Shown here: positions 9,653 to 19,528 of the stretch, piece by piece
How the letters are laid out: every line of letters starts with the position of its first letter
How positions within the stretch are numbered: the first letter of the stretch is position 1
Assembly (NCBI GenBank): GCA_965219095.1
Contig: OZ244719.1
Coordinates: 96,001 to 160,000 of the forward strand
Source: Bdellovibrionales bacterium
Lineage (GTDB): Bacteria > Bdellovibrionota > Bdellovibrionia > Bdellovibrionales > UBA1609
Reading direction: 5' to 3'
DNA: 64,000 nucleotides
The notes under the pieces: generated by a model
Told to the model about the DNA's origin: nothing
Database searches by the model: none
What the model saw: only the letters and a program-made list of their open reading frames with translations
Made by a program: the position numbers and the translations under genes

Positions 9653-10864
9653 TCAAAGAATTGTTCTTCTTGGTACAGTCTGCTGAATTTGTACGAGTAT
9701 GTCATAGGGGATGGTTCCCAGTTTTTCAGCTACCTCCTCTACAGGTAAGTGAGTACCTAAAAGAAGGATCTCTTCACCAACTTTACAATGTTCTTCTCCT
9801 ATGTCTGTGAAATCAAAAAAAGAAAAGTCCATATTTACATTTCCTATCAGTTTAACTCGCTTGCCTTTAAAAACAGCTTCATAGGAAAGTTTTTGTGAAA
9901 AAGGCCTTAAAAACCCATGAGCGTAGCCGAAAGGTACAACCCCTACAAGAGAATCTCTTTTTGCCTTCCAAGAATGACTATAAGATAAAGTCTTTCCGCA
10001 AGGGACTTTATGGTATAAAATCACATGGGATTTTAGTGTGAGTACAGGCTTTAGAGAAAGGTTTTTTATGCTTTGAGAAAGAGAAGGATTTTTAAAAAAA
10101 GACGCACTTCCTATACCGTACAAGCCTCCTCCTATACGGACCCCCAATGATCTTAAAAGGTGATGCTTTTTTAGGAAATGAAGTCCTAAGAGGGAAGCTG
10201 TCCGTAAAGCATGGACTTTAAGATCTTTTTGGAAAAAATCTTTTACTTCTAAAAATGTTTCTAATTGGCCTAGAGTCTGCCCTCTTTTAGTTCCTAAATC
10301 TTCGGCATAACAGGAATGTGTTGAAAACCCTTCAAAATGAAGTTTACAGGAAGGTTTCTGAAAAAACGTTTTAATTTTGTTTAGAGTTTTTTCTTTTGCA
10401 GAAAATTCAAGACGTTGCATGCCTGTATTCATGTTGATATGTACAGAAAAATGTTTTTGAGAAAGATTTTTTTGGAGACATTCTAGTTCATAAAAACTTC
10501 CTACAACAGGAGTGATATGAAATTTTTCTAATAAATCAATAGGAGTTGTAAGAAGACTGTTAAAAAGTAAAATAGGCGTTTTATGGATATGATGGTTTCG
10601 AAGGATTAAGGCTTCTTCTAAAGAACTCACCCCTAGAGCTGATACCCCTTCTTCAACTAAGGGATGTGCGACTTCTAAAAGACCATGACCGTAGCCATAC
10701 CCTTTGACCATAGCACAGAAGAAAGATGAAGAGCTCATTTTTTTTAAAATCCTTAAGTTATGAAGAAGATGAGCCTCATTTACCTCTACAAAAGTCAAGT
10801 TTTTTAGTTTTTCTTCCAGCCTTTGTTTTTGCAGAGTAAAACCTGGATTTTGAGTATTAAGCAT
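9653..10864 (-). CDS. alr: Alanine racemase (divergent)
   Basis: MVKGYGYGHG PLP-Lys motif, NTGMQRL, GYAHG, NMD, GTIPYDI. Confidence 0.88.
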   Translation of the reverse strand: MLNTQNPGFTLQKQRLEEKLKNLTFVEVNEAHLLHNLRILKKMSSSSFFCAMVKGYGYGHGLLEVAHPLVEEGVSALGVSSLEEALILRNHHIHKTPILLFNSLLTTPIDLLEKFHITPVVGSFYELECLQKNLSQKHFSVHINMNTGMQRLEFSAKEKTLNKIKTFFQKPSCKLHFEGFSTHSCYAEDLGTKRGQTLGQLETFLEVKDFFQKDLKVHALRTASLLGLHFLKKHHLLRSLGVRIGGGLYGIGSASFFKNPSLSQSIKNLSLKPVLTLKSHVILYHKVPCGKTLSYSHSWKAKRDSLVGVVPFGYAHGFLRPFSQKLSYEAVFKGKRVKLIGNVNMDFSFFDFTDIGEEHCKVGEEILLLGTHLPVEEVAEKLGTIPYDILVQIQQTVPRRTIL

Positions 10865-10975
10865 AATTTATTCTATCTCTTAGAGAAACATTTTTCAAAA
10901 CCTTTTAATCCTTCTTATGACATAGGTTTTGTGTGAAAAGATAAGTTTCTTTTGGCTTTTTTATGTTTTTTCTTT

Positions 10976-11014
10976 ATACTCATATGGATGACCCGCCCTT
11001 TTTGAAAGGCTGGT
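10976..11014. repeat. Truncated copy of a palindromic intergenic repeat (partner at 62104-62150)
   Basis: atactcatatggatgacccgccctttttgaaaggctggt matches the 62104 hairpin; cut by the IS630 that starts at 11017. Confidence 0.75.
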
Positions 11015-11016
11015 TA

Positions 11017-12427
11017 TACCAATTACAGAAATTAATTCGACATTTTCATGTTCAAATTTAAAATTTTAAAATTGACTTAAGGAAAAGTTTCAGTTAGGAG
11101 GTTTTAAAAAAACTTCTTTTAAGGTGAGTTTAAGTTTTCATAAGATAAGTTTATTTCAGGTATATCTATTTGTTGTGTAAATCGATTGATGGGTTAAAAT
11201 AAGTGTAAAAAAGTGAGGTTAAAATTTAAAATGACAAAAATCAGTTACACAATTTAATTTATAGGTTCAAATTAATTTACAAGCTTGATTCATCTTGTTG
11301 TTTTGTCCAAGATCGAGTGCATAATTTTTTAATCCTGCCCTCCTGATCGCAAAAAGTATTCCAGGCCTCACAACAAGTATTCAGTATATGGTCATAGTTT
11401 TTAAAACATGCATTCGATAATTTGATCCTTCGTAATTGTTGCCAGACTTGTTCCATGGGATTTAATTCTGGACTATAAGGAGGTAAAGGCATCAGGGATA
11501 AATTCTTAGGAACTATCAAAGTCTCTGTGGTATGCCAACTGGCTCTGTCCATTAAAACAATTCCATGATAGTTTTCTTGAATATTTTTAGATATCTCATC
11601 TAAGTGAATTTGCATCATCCCTGAATTACATTCCGGTAAAATCCAAGCACAGCCTTTATCTCTATCCGGACAAACTGCTCCAAAAATATAAGTGGATAAA
11701 AATTGTCTTTGCCTCACAACTCTAGGCCGTGTGCCTTTTCTTGCCCAAATCCTACTCAAAGAACCTTGCTGAGCTTATTCTGCATTCATCCTGCCACCAA
11801 ATCTCTATTTTATTAGTCTGAATCTTTTCCTTTATTTTCTCCACCTCTTCTGGAAAATGTTCCTTAAACTGTTCCATAGCTTCTTAATGAACTTTTAGGA
11901 TGAAGAGAACGACCACTGATCCATACAATATTAAGGCGGTCTAAAGAAACATAAACCCCAGAAAGAGAATAGCAACAGTCAAATTCATCTGCTAAAAGTT
12001 TCTGTATTTCCTTTGCTCCTATGCTTCCTCCCTCTCTTTTGTCTTGAATTTCATCTAACTTGATTTTGAACCTCTCCTCTTCTGTCACTGGCAAACGAGG
12101 CTTGCGTCCTCTGCCTTCTCGATCTATCAATCCCTCGTAATCAAAGTCTACAAAAAAAGACTGTAACCAAGATTTGATACTGTGACGGTGATACAAAACC
12201 ATACCTGCTGTTTCTTGAATCGATTTTCCTTCTTGCATATGCTGCAAAGCTTGGAGTTTTATCTTGATGTTGGCACTTCTTTCTACTTTGTAAGTAGCTA
12301 GAAAATTATACCCTTGAATCTGTGTAACTAAATCTTTTTTCGACACTCTAAAAATTTAACAGAGTTTTATCAAAAAGCCAGGATGCAATGCGTTAAAAGA
12401 ATGTCGAATTAATTTTTGGAAATGGTA
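11017..12427 (-). mobile_element. IS630-family element (TACCA-ended type), frameshifted copy
   Basis: IRs taccaattacagaaattaattcgacatt / aatgtcgaattaatttttggaaatggta; near-identical to intact copy 31306-32728; flanks TTA and TGA do not match. Confidence 0.92.
11277..12346 (-). pseudogene. IS630 transposase pseudogene
   Basis: Split into 11864-12346 and 11277-11759; the sister copy is one 354-aa ORF. Confidence 0.9.
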
Positions 12428-12770
12428 TGACTTTGATAAGTTTGCAAAGAAAGGTTCTGTGCCTACTGAGATTTCTGTGGTTTTTGAATCTCTCTTTAAG
12501 GTTGTGAACATTCTGATTGCTGTGCTTTTAGAAAAACAGGTTCGAAAAAATTCCAGCAACAGCGGTCTTCCTCCTTCGCAAGATTTTAGTCGTCAAGGGA
12601 ATCGTAATAAGAAAGCTAGTGGGAGTCAAAAAAAGGGCTCTAGACTTGATAACAGTAAAGATACAAACAGTGAGGAGACTGTCTTTCCCTCAGAGTGTTC
12701 TCAGTGTGGGATGTGTTTAAAGACAGCAGAGGTAAAAAGCCTTGAGAAGCGTAAAAAGATTGATATTTTC
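12428..12770 (+). pseudogene. N-terminal fragment of an IS66-family transposase
   Basis: KNSSNSGLPPSQD and PSECSQCG motifs; truncated by IS630 on the left and a MITE on the right. Confidence 0.75.
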
Positions 12771-12808
12771 GGCTCCTCCCGGGAACCCACAGATTCCCGG
12801 GAGGAGCC
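12771..12808. mobile_element. 38-bp ISL3-derived hairpin MITE
   Basis: ggctcctcccgggaacccacagattcccgggaggagcc; exact reverse complement of 14718-14755. Confidence 0.85.
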
Positions 12809-12849
12809 GAAAAAAGAAAATAAAGAAAGGAGGAATTGTTAATTAAAAG

Positions 12850-12903
12850 ACCCGAGTTTTGACTTTTATATACTTTAGCCTTGAAAAAAGTCGAAAATCG
12901 GGT
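12850..12903. mobile_element. 54-bp IS982-derived MITE
   Basis: acccgagttttgactttt...aaaagtcgaaaatcgggt = both IS982 ends fused; direct repeat taaaag at 12844-12849 and 12904-12909. Confidence 0.8.
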
Positions 12904-12973
12904 TAAAAGGATAAAGATATCATCTTAAAAAGTATCTAAAATAAGTAAAATTAAAAATAAAAAGGAGGAAAAA

Positions 12974-13300
12974 ATGAAAAAAATAATGTTAATAGGATTG
13001 CTTTTAGTTTCTATAAAAGCTTTTTCAAAGGATGTTCAAGTCGATATTGTGAGTTTCTCTTTTCAGCCAGAAGAAATTCAGGCGGAAGTAGGAGATGTTC
13101 TGATTTTTGTCAATAAAGATAGGATTCATCACTCTGTAGTACCTGCACTTGACTCTCATGTTCAATTTGAAGGAAGTGATGTGTTGAGAACAGGTCAAAT
13201 GTTTGAACTTAAAGTGGAAGAAGTTAAAGATATAAAGGTTAAGTGTGGTTTGCATCCTCATATGCCTGGAATGAAAATTAAGGTAACCACTCCACAGTAA
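12974..13300 (+). CDS. Secreted cupredoxin (plastocyanin/amicyanin-like blue copper protein)
   Basis: Signal peptide; F.F.P..I..VGD; HSV and C..HP.M type-1 copper ligands; SD aggagg. Confidence 0.85.
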   Translation: MKKIMLIGLLLVSIKAFSKDVQVDIVSFSFQPEEIQAEVGDVLIFVNKDRIHHSVVPALDSHVQFEGSDVLRTGQMFELKVEEVKDIKVKCGLHPHMPGMKIKVTTPQ

Positions 13301-13372
13301 AATGTACAGAAGCTCAACAGAATTTATTTTATAGCTTTTTACCATTTGCTTGGAGTTATTGCGATTTTTTCT

Positions 13373-13555
13373 GGCTTTATTGTACACAAGAAGTTTAGAT
13401 CAAGTTATTTCACTTGAGATGACATCATTCCTATTGAGTTTGGAGTCTGATAGTTGAAGGAGTTTTCATTTGATTGAGAATCTTGTATTTCATGAAGACT
13501 TCATTAGCTTGATTCATAAAATTTCTTGAATTAAGTTTTGCGTCCAGGATCCTGT
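13373..13555 (-). pseudogene. 3' end and right IR of an IS5-family (IS903-group) element
   Basis: Translates ..AKLNSRNFMNQANEVFMKYKILNQMKTP..; IS903-like IR ggctttattgtacac; inverted sister remnant at ~28640-28805. Confidence 0.65.
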
Positions 13556-13640
13556 AATTTAGTCGAACGTGAAAAAATGTCAAAAGTCTAGGTTAGTTGA
13601 ACGTAAAAAAGTGTTTTTATGATTTTTTGTAACTGTTCAG

Positions 13641-13753
13641 AAAAAGGCATCTGATTTATTTTCAAAGCTCTTGCTTTTAAATCTCTTTCCGTTGAGATAA
13701 ATTTCAGCAACATAGAAAGCTTTATTGTTTCTTTTACGTTTAGTTATCGACAT
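13641..13753 (-). pseudogene. N-terminal fragment of a probable tyrosine integrase
   Basis: MSITKRKRNNKAFYVAEIYLNGKR then frameshifted SKSFENKSDA (arm-binding-like); overlaps the end of the xis-like gene. Confidence 0.5.
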
Positions 13754-13950
13754 GGTTTTTCCTTTCGGTTAATCCAAGCTTCAATGCTCTTTCGTCTAAA
13801 ATAAGTTTTGCCTCTAATACGGCAAAAGGGTACTTCTCTTAAAGAAACCCAGTTTCTTATTGTACGAGGAGCAACACCAAACGCACATGCTAAGTCTTCC
13901 ACAGTTATTAAATTGTCAAAGAACAGACTCTCATTTTTTTGAGAGCTAAT
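13744..13950 (-). pseudogene. Excisionase-like HTH (HTH_17/MerR-like), 5' end cut by IS982
   Basis: Hand translation ..LFFDNLITVEDLACAFGVAPRTIRNWVSLREVPFCRIRGKTYFRRKSIEAWI..; absent from the ORF track. Confidence 0.75.
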
Positions 13951-13951
13951 A

Positions 13952-15059
13952 ACCCGAGTTTCGACTTTTTTCAGGTCTAAAGGCTAGCTGATATAAACAA
14001 ACATCTCAGTTCTTTGTAAGATGTCTTGAAGAAGCAACTTACAAGGAAAAAACACCTTGAGAGTTATAAAAAAACATACAAGGAGGTCTAAGATGTTTAA
14101 TTCTAATTCTAATTCTAATTCTAATTATATTATATCAATTTATGTTCTTGTCGATGATTTTTTAACCCCTCTCATACAGCAGCATCCAGAACTGGTTTGC
14201 CAAAAATAAAGGAGGTTTTTCTTGTGCTATGTCTCCCAGCGAAATTATCACTCTCTATCTTGCTTTTCCAAAGTTCTGGCTTTAGGAATTTTAAAGCCTT
14301 TTATCAGTTTGCAGAAGTCTATCTTAAACCTTATTTTCCTAAAATGTTGTCTTACTCCCGATTTGTGAACATCAAAAAAGACATGGCTTTTTTGATGTTT
14401 CTTTTCTTGACAAGCCTTATGAGTAAAACCACCGGCATATCATTTATTGATTCCACATCGATTTTTTTTCAAAAATAAAAGAATAGGACGAAATAAGGTG
14501 TTCTAAAAGTTAGCTAAAAAGAGGCAAAAGTAGTATGGGCTGGTTCTTCGGATTTAAACTCCATATTGTTATCAATCACCTAGGAGAGCTTTTAAGTTTT
14601 ACCTTAACTCCGGGAAATGTAGATGATCGAAAGCTAAGTTATGGATTTATAGTAAAGGGTTGGTGGAAAAACTCTTTGGGGACAGAGGTTATATTTCATC
14701 AGACCTTTTCAAAAAGCGGCTCCTCCCGGGAATCTGTGGGTTCCCGGGAGGAGCCCAAAAAGCTTTTAAAGAAGGGAGTTAAGCTTATTACAAACGTCAA
14801 ATTAAATATGGAGAATAAATTGATTCCCTTATTTGACAAGTTGATGTTGAAAAAACGTTCTGTTGTGGAGGTCAGTGATTGGAGTGTTAAAAGGAGAGTT
14901 TCATCTTGAGCATTCTCGCCATCGTAGCCCACAAAACTTTGTCATCAATCTTTTAGGTACTCTCATCTCTTACTTGCTTAAAACCTAAAAAACCCTCCAT
15001 TCAACTTAAAACTCAAGAACAGGAGCTTCTGAACAATATATAAAAGTCGAAACTCGGGT
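13952..15059 (+). mobile_element. IS982-family element, inactivated (transposase from ATG 14093, several stops and frameshifts)
   Basis: IRs acccgagtttcgactttt / aaaagtcgaaactcgggt; YSRFV, FIDST, MGWFFGFKLH, GNVDDR motifs. Confidence 0.92.
14718..14755. mobile_element. 38-bp ISL3-derived hairpin MITE inside IS982
   Basis: ggctcctcccgggaatctgtgggttcccgggaggagcc with 8-bp TSD caaaaagc at 14710-14717 and 14756-14763. Confidence 0.92.
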
Positions 15060-15312
15060 TAGTAAGTATATCATTGGCACAACAAATCTAGTGAATTGCG
15101 GTTAGGGTAGTATCATGTAAATCTGTTAATTTTGGTACTAGGTTTCAGGACTAAGAGCCTGTTTTTTTTTCAACAGAATACTCCTGATAAATCATAAGAA
15201 CGAGTTAATTTAGTCTCATTGAGTTTTTCTGGAGAACTTATAACACACTATTCTTATAGGCCTTTTTAAAGCTATATTTTTCATAGGCTCTGTTTTTGGA
15301 TTGAAATTTAAT

Positions 15313-15490
15313 CCTGTCGTTAAGAGTTTTGAGCCATCAACAGGGAGTTGACAAAGCCCCTCAGACATAGTTCAATTTGAACTATGTCTTATAGGTATGA
15401 AGAGAAAAGAAATGGAAGCATCTATGTATATGAGATAAGCAGCTACTGGGACAAAGAAAAAAAACAATCTCGTCAGAGAAGAGTTTATTT
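15313..15490 (+). pseudogene. 5' fragment of an IS1634/IS4-like transposase, cut by IS66
   Basis: ATG 15384: MSYRYEEKRNGSIYVYEISSYWDKEKKQSRQRRVY; palindrome over the start codon; left boundary approximate. Confidence 0.6.
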
Positions 15491-16923
15491 GTAACTGTTC
15501 ACTTAAATTCTAGTGATTTTAATGTTTAGAGAGGTATTCAGTAGCCATGTCAACGAAGGATAGATTCTGTTTTTTGGCCGTTCGAGCGACACTCATCATA
15601 ACCTCTTGGTTATGTGCTCCCTGTTCTGAGCGATTGCAATAAGAGATTTTTCTCATAAGTACAGCAGGCCTAATTTCCCTCTCTCCATAATTGTTAGTGG
15701 GGTCTACTCCAGACTTAATGAAAGTATAAATTTCATCTCGATATTTGACCAAACGTTTACAAAGCCTTTGTAAGTCATGGCTTCTGTATTTTTTTGATAC
15801 CCATTTTTCTGTATCACACATAAGCAGTTTGTATTTTCGATCGATATTCTCTTTACTCTCATATTCATTTTGCAACCTTTTTCCTCTCTTAAAAAAAAGT
15901 TTGGCTCTCTTAGAAAACTGAGCAATTTCTTTGTTTTTAGGATGTTTTTCTTTTAGCCCATGAAGCTCCCTTAAAAGATGGGGCCAACATTTTTGCTTTT
16001 GACAGTCAATCTTGTTATAGGCAGCATAAAAATCTGAAACTAAAACTCCACGAAAAACTTCTCCAAGAACATTTTTAACTACATCTTGCGAACGAGTTTG
16101 ATCAATCTTATAAAATGACACATCATCATTTGAAAAACTCCAGAGCCAATGACTGTTCCCATTCACTCTCCATCCTGTCTCATCAGCATGCAAATGCCCC
16201 TGCTCCGATAACACGGACTTGATATCCTCGTAAGCCCCCTCAAACTTCCTTGCCGTACGACTTATAATCTCTGACAAAACACCACGACTGATTTCCATAC
16301 CATATTGATCAGACAAAAGATTTGTTATTTTACCAAAACTTAAACCCAACTCATATTTCCAATAACACACTTGAGCATGAAACTTAGAACCATAAAGACT
16401 CGCTCCCAACTTATCACTGACAGAAACCTCCTTGTTACAACAACTGCACCAACTCCAGCCTACAATGTGTTTCGTGGTGATGACTTGACTTACAGGTGGT
16501 AAATCCACCTGATAGTGAACATCCCACTTATGAGAGGGAGGAAGATCAGAGTCACATTTACTACAAACCAGTGAAGTCCAAGTGGTCTCCTGATCCGCTT
16601 CCTCAGGCCTTTTTCTTCGATGAACTTTATGACCCTTTTTAGGACCCTTCTTTTTTCCTTTTTTAAGGCTTCCATCTGGATTTTTATTCTTGTTCTTTTT
16701 AGCCCACTTAGGAGGCTTGCGTATTGATTGAAGCTCCTCTTTTAGCTTCTCATTTTCTTTTTTAAAATGTTCATTATCTTTTTTTAAACGCTTGCGCTCT
16801 TCTTCTGAACGCTCATACCCTTCTTCTAAATGCTCATGCTCTTCTTCTAAATGCTTGTAATCTTTTTCTAAACATTTTATTTCTTTTTGTGCTTTCTTAA
16901 GCACTATATGATCTGACAGTTAC
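15491..16923 (-). mobile_element. IS66-family single-ORF (ISBst12-like) element
   Basis: GTAA-type ends gtaactgttcac / ctgacagttac; no matching TSD seen. Confidence 0.8.
15519..16904 (-). CDS. IS66-family transposase TnpC
   Basis: Coiled-coil N-terminus, Zn ribbon, HADETGW, LVSDFY, QKCWPHLLR, PTNNYGEREIR. Confidence 0.92.
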   Translation of the reverse strand: MLKKAQKEIKCLEKDYKHLEEEHEHLEEGYERSEEERKRLKKDNEHFKKENEKLKEELQSIRKPPKWAKKNKNKNPDGSLKKGKKKGPKKGHKVHRRKRPEEADQETTWTSLVCSKCDSDLPPSHKWDVHYQVDLPPVSQVITTKHIVGWSWCSCCNKEVSVSDKLGASLYGSKFHAQVCYWKYELGLSFGKITNLLSDQYGMEISRGVLSEIISRTARKFEGAYEDIKSVLSEQGHLHADETGWRVNGNSHWLWSFSNDDVSFYKIDQTRSQDVVKNVLGEVFRGVLVSDFYAAYNKIDCQKQKCWPHLLRELHGLKEKHPKNKEIAQFSKRAKLFFKRGKRLQNEYESKENIDRKYKLLMCDTEKWVSKKYRSHDLQRLCKRLVKYRDEIYTFIKSGVDPTNNYGEREIRPAVLMRKISYCNRSEQGAHNQEVMMSVARTAKKQNLSFVDMATEYLSKH

Positions 16924-16966
16924 TCTTTCTGGGTTGATAAAAAACTGTCTGTTAGTTTACATGCTC

Positions 16967-18664
16967 TCAAATTAAAGGCTTAGATTCTTTTGTTCTTGCA
17001 TTGTGTCTTTCTTCGTCTTTTAGGATTTTCCTTAGAACTTTTCCCACATTGCTTTTAGGAAGAGTGTTTTTAAACTCTATGAATTTAGGAACTTTATAAC
17101 TTGTTAAGCTTTCTCTGCAATGAGCTTTAACTTCTTGAGTTGTTAAGTTAATTCCTTTCTTAGGGACCACAAACAATTTAACAGCCTCTCCTGATTTGTG
17201 ATGAGGGACTCCTATAACAGCTGCTTCTAGAATTTTTGTGTTCTTTAAGACAACTTCTTCAATTTCATTAGGGTAGACGTTGAAACCACTTACTAAAATC
17301 ATATCTTTAATGCGATCGACAATAAAAAGATAACCTTCATTATTAAAAACACCTACATCCCCCGTTTTTAACCATCCATCTTGTAAGATTTTTTTTGTTT
17401 GTTCAGGTTCCTTCCAATAACCTTGCATGATCTGAGGGCCTTTGATACAGATTTCACCTTTTTTCCCTAAAGGAACTTCTTGAAATTGAGAGTCTACAAG
17501 TTTGACGTTTGTAGAAGGTAGAGGAATGCCAATACTCCCATAAACAGGCTTTTTGCTTAAAATATTAGTTGTGACCACAGGAGAGGCCTCTGTTAAACCA
17601 TAACCTTCATAGATATGTTTTTTTGTGATTTTATACCAAAGATCGACAACAGTTTTATTAATTGCCATACCTCCAGCTAAGGAAAATTTTAAAGAACTGA
17701 AATCTAATTTCTGAAAAGGAGGATAGTTGTTTAAGGAGGAAAAAAGAGTATTAATTCCTAAGAAGATAGAAATTTTGTTGTTTTTAAAAACATTGAGAAC
17801 ACTTTTTAAGTCCCTGGGATTCATAATTAAAACACTATGAGAACCTTTTTGGAAAAGAACAAGACTTATAGTCATAGCATAAATGTGGTAAAAAGGAAGA
17901 GGTACAGCTACCACCTCTGAACCCTCCTCAAATTTTGAATAAGAAAGGAAGTGAGACACTTGGGATATATTAGATAAAATGTTCCTATGAGATAAGACAG
18001 CTCCCTTAGAGCCACCTGTTGTTCCACCTGTGTATTGAATGAATGCTATGTCATCTAAACTGGTATGAATTCTTTGAAGTGTATGAGATTTTCCTTTTTT
18101 TAAACTTTCTTCAAAAGAGGTGAAGGGGAGACCTAAAAGAGGTCTTAGTTTTTTTATACGAGAGACTAAATTAATAATTAAAGATTCTGGAAATTTTAAA
18201 AGTGTATGAGGGGATGTAACAATGACATGTTGAATAGAGGTTTGATTTAAAATCTCTTGAAGTTTAGGTAGCATGGCAGAAAAAATTACAATGGCTTTCA
18301 CACCAGAATCTACAAATTGCTTCTTCATTTCACTTGTTGTGTAAAGGGGATTGGTATTCACAATAACAAGTCCAATTTTTAAAGCAGCCATCATGGCAAT
18401 AGGATAAGCAAGGCTATTAGGCATTTGAAGAGCAATGGCATTATTTTTTTTAAGCTTTAATTCATTTTGAAAATAACTTGCAAAAGCTTCTACATGTTTT
18501 GCAAATTGCTTGAAAGTCATTTTTGTGCCGAAACTAGAAAAACAAACCTTGTGAGGGTATTTTTCACAAGATTTTTTAAAGAGGTCTCCTAAACACGAAT
18601 GTTTTAACTCAGGAATATCATAAGGGATTTGATCTGAGTAATGTTGTTGCCAAATTTTTTTCAT
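16967..18664 (-). CDS. fadD: Long-chain fatty acid-CoA ligase
   Basis: QYTGGTTGGSKG, EGYGLTEASP, TGD, DRIKDMILVSGFNVYPNEIE, PKSNVGK. Confidence 0.93.
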   Translation of the reverse strand: MKKIWQQHYSDQIPYDIPELKHSCLGDLFKKSCEKYPHKVCFSSFGTKMTFKQFAKHVEAFASYFQNELKLKKNNAIALQMPNSLAYPIAMMAALKIGLVIVNTNPLYTTSEMKKQFVDSGVKAIVIFSAMLPKLQEILNQTSIQHVIVTSPHTLLKFPESLIINLVSRIKKLRPLLGLPFTSFEESLKKGKSHTLQRIHTSLDDIAFIQYTGGTTGGSKGAVLSHRNILSNISQVSHFLSYSKFEEGSEVVAVPLPFYHIYAMTISLVLFQKGSHSVLIMNPRDLKSVLNVFKNNKISIFLGINTLFSSLNNYPPFQKLDFSSLKFSLAGGMAINKTVVDLWYKITKKHIYEGYGLTEASPVVTTNILSKKPVYGSIGIPLPSTNVKLVDSQFQEVPLGKKGEICIKGPQIMQGYWKEPEQTKKILQDGWLKTGDVGVFNNEGYLFIVDRIKDMILVSGFNVYPNEIEEVVLKNTKILEAAVIGVPHHKSGEAVKLFVVPKKGINLTTQEVKAHCRESLTSYKVPKFIEFKNTLPKSNVGKVLRKILKDEERHNARTKESKPLI

Positions 18665-18751
18665 TTTCTATATTTTCCCTATCGCCATGCCTTTGTTATT
18701 AAAAAGGGGTTTTTAAATTTTTTCTTTCTACAGTTTAAAGCTTTAATTTTG

Positions 18752-19435
18752 TTAAAGCACACTTTTTTTTAAAATATTTTGATTTTCGTCTAGTTTATAA
18801 ATTAGGGATTTTCCTGTATCAATGTTGACTTGAGAGATTGCTTCCTCAGAAATTCTTTCTAGAAACTGCACCAAAGCTCTTAGACTGTTCCCATGAGCTA
18901 CAAGGAGAACATTTTTTTTGATTTGCAAGGAGGGCTTGATATGAGAGTTCCAAAAAGGGAGGACACGTTTTTGACAATCTTTAAGGGATTCAGAAAGAGG
19001 TATTGTGGTTTTTGTAAAAAATTGCGAATAGGGTTTTTTTTCATAACCTGAATGCTCTATAGAAAGAGCAGGGGGAGCTATGTGATAACTCCTGCGCCAT
19101 TGAAAGACTTGTTTGTCACCATATTTTTGAGCTGTTTCTTGCTTATTTAAGCCCTGAAGTTTGCCATAATGCCTTTCGTTAAGCTGCCATGTTTTTACCT
19201 CTTCAAGCCACAACAGGTCCATTTCATCTAAAATGAGCCAAAGAGTTTTAATAGCTCGTTTCAAAAACGATGTATAAGCGATGTCAAAGTGAAACCCTTT
19301 CTCTCTGAGCTTTTGTCCAGCTTTTTGAGCCTCTCTTAAGCCTTTCTCAGATAAACCCACATCCATCCAGCCTGTGAACTTGTTTTCTTTATTCCAAAGA
19401 CTTTCTCCATGGCGAATCATTACTAGTTGAGGCAT
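18752..19435 (-). CDS. gpmA: 2,3-bisphosphoglycerate-dependent phosphoglycerate mutase
   Basis: RHGES.WN..N.FTGW.D, LNERHYG.LQG, AHGNSLR. Confidence 0.97.
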   Translation of the reverse strand: MPQLVMIRHGESLWNKENKFTGWMDVGLSEKGLREAQKAGQKLREKGFHFDIAYTSFLKRAIKTLWLILDEMDLLWLEEVKTWQLNERHYGKLQGLNKQETAQKYGDKQVFQWRRSYHIAPPALSIEHSGYEKKPYSQFFTKTTIPLSESLKDCQKRVLPFWNSHIKPSLQIKKNVLLVAHGNSLRALVQFLERISEEAISQVNIDTGKSLIYKLDENQNILKKSVL

Positions 19436-19528
19436 GCTTTATAGTTTATTATAAGCAAGAAGTAGAAACAAGGTTTTTGATGGTGAAAATTTTTTTGAGA
19501 ACCTGTTATCTTGCGAAAGATTTCTCCT

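Noticed and set aside
12459..12842. 127-aa ORF as an intact gene, and the shared GSSREPTDSREEP peptide (also 14699-14932)
   Set aside because: The peptide is just the translated 38-bp MITE; the ORF is a truncated IS66 fragment.
13025..13387. 120-aa minus-strand ORF
   Set aside because: Antisense to the cupredoxin and starts inside an IS903-like IR.
14099..14122. (aattct)x4 microsatellite as a phase-variation switch
   Set aside because: In-frame 6-bp unit inside a dead IS982 gene.
16740..16880. 21-bp quasi-repeats in the IS66 gene
   Set aside because: Heptad coiled-coil coding, expected at TnpC N-termini.
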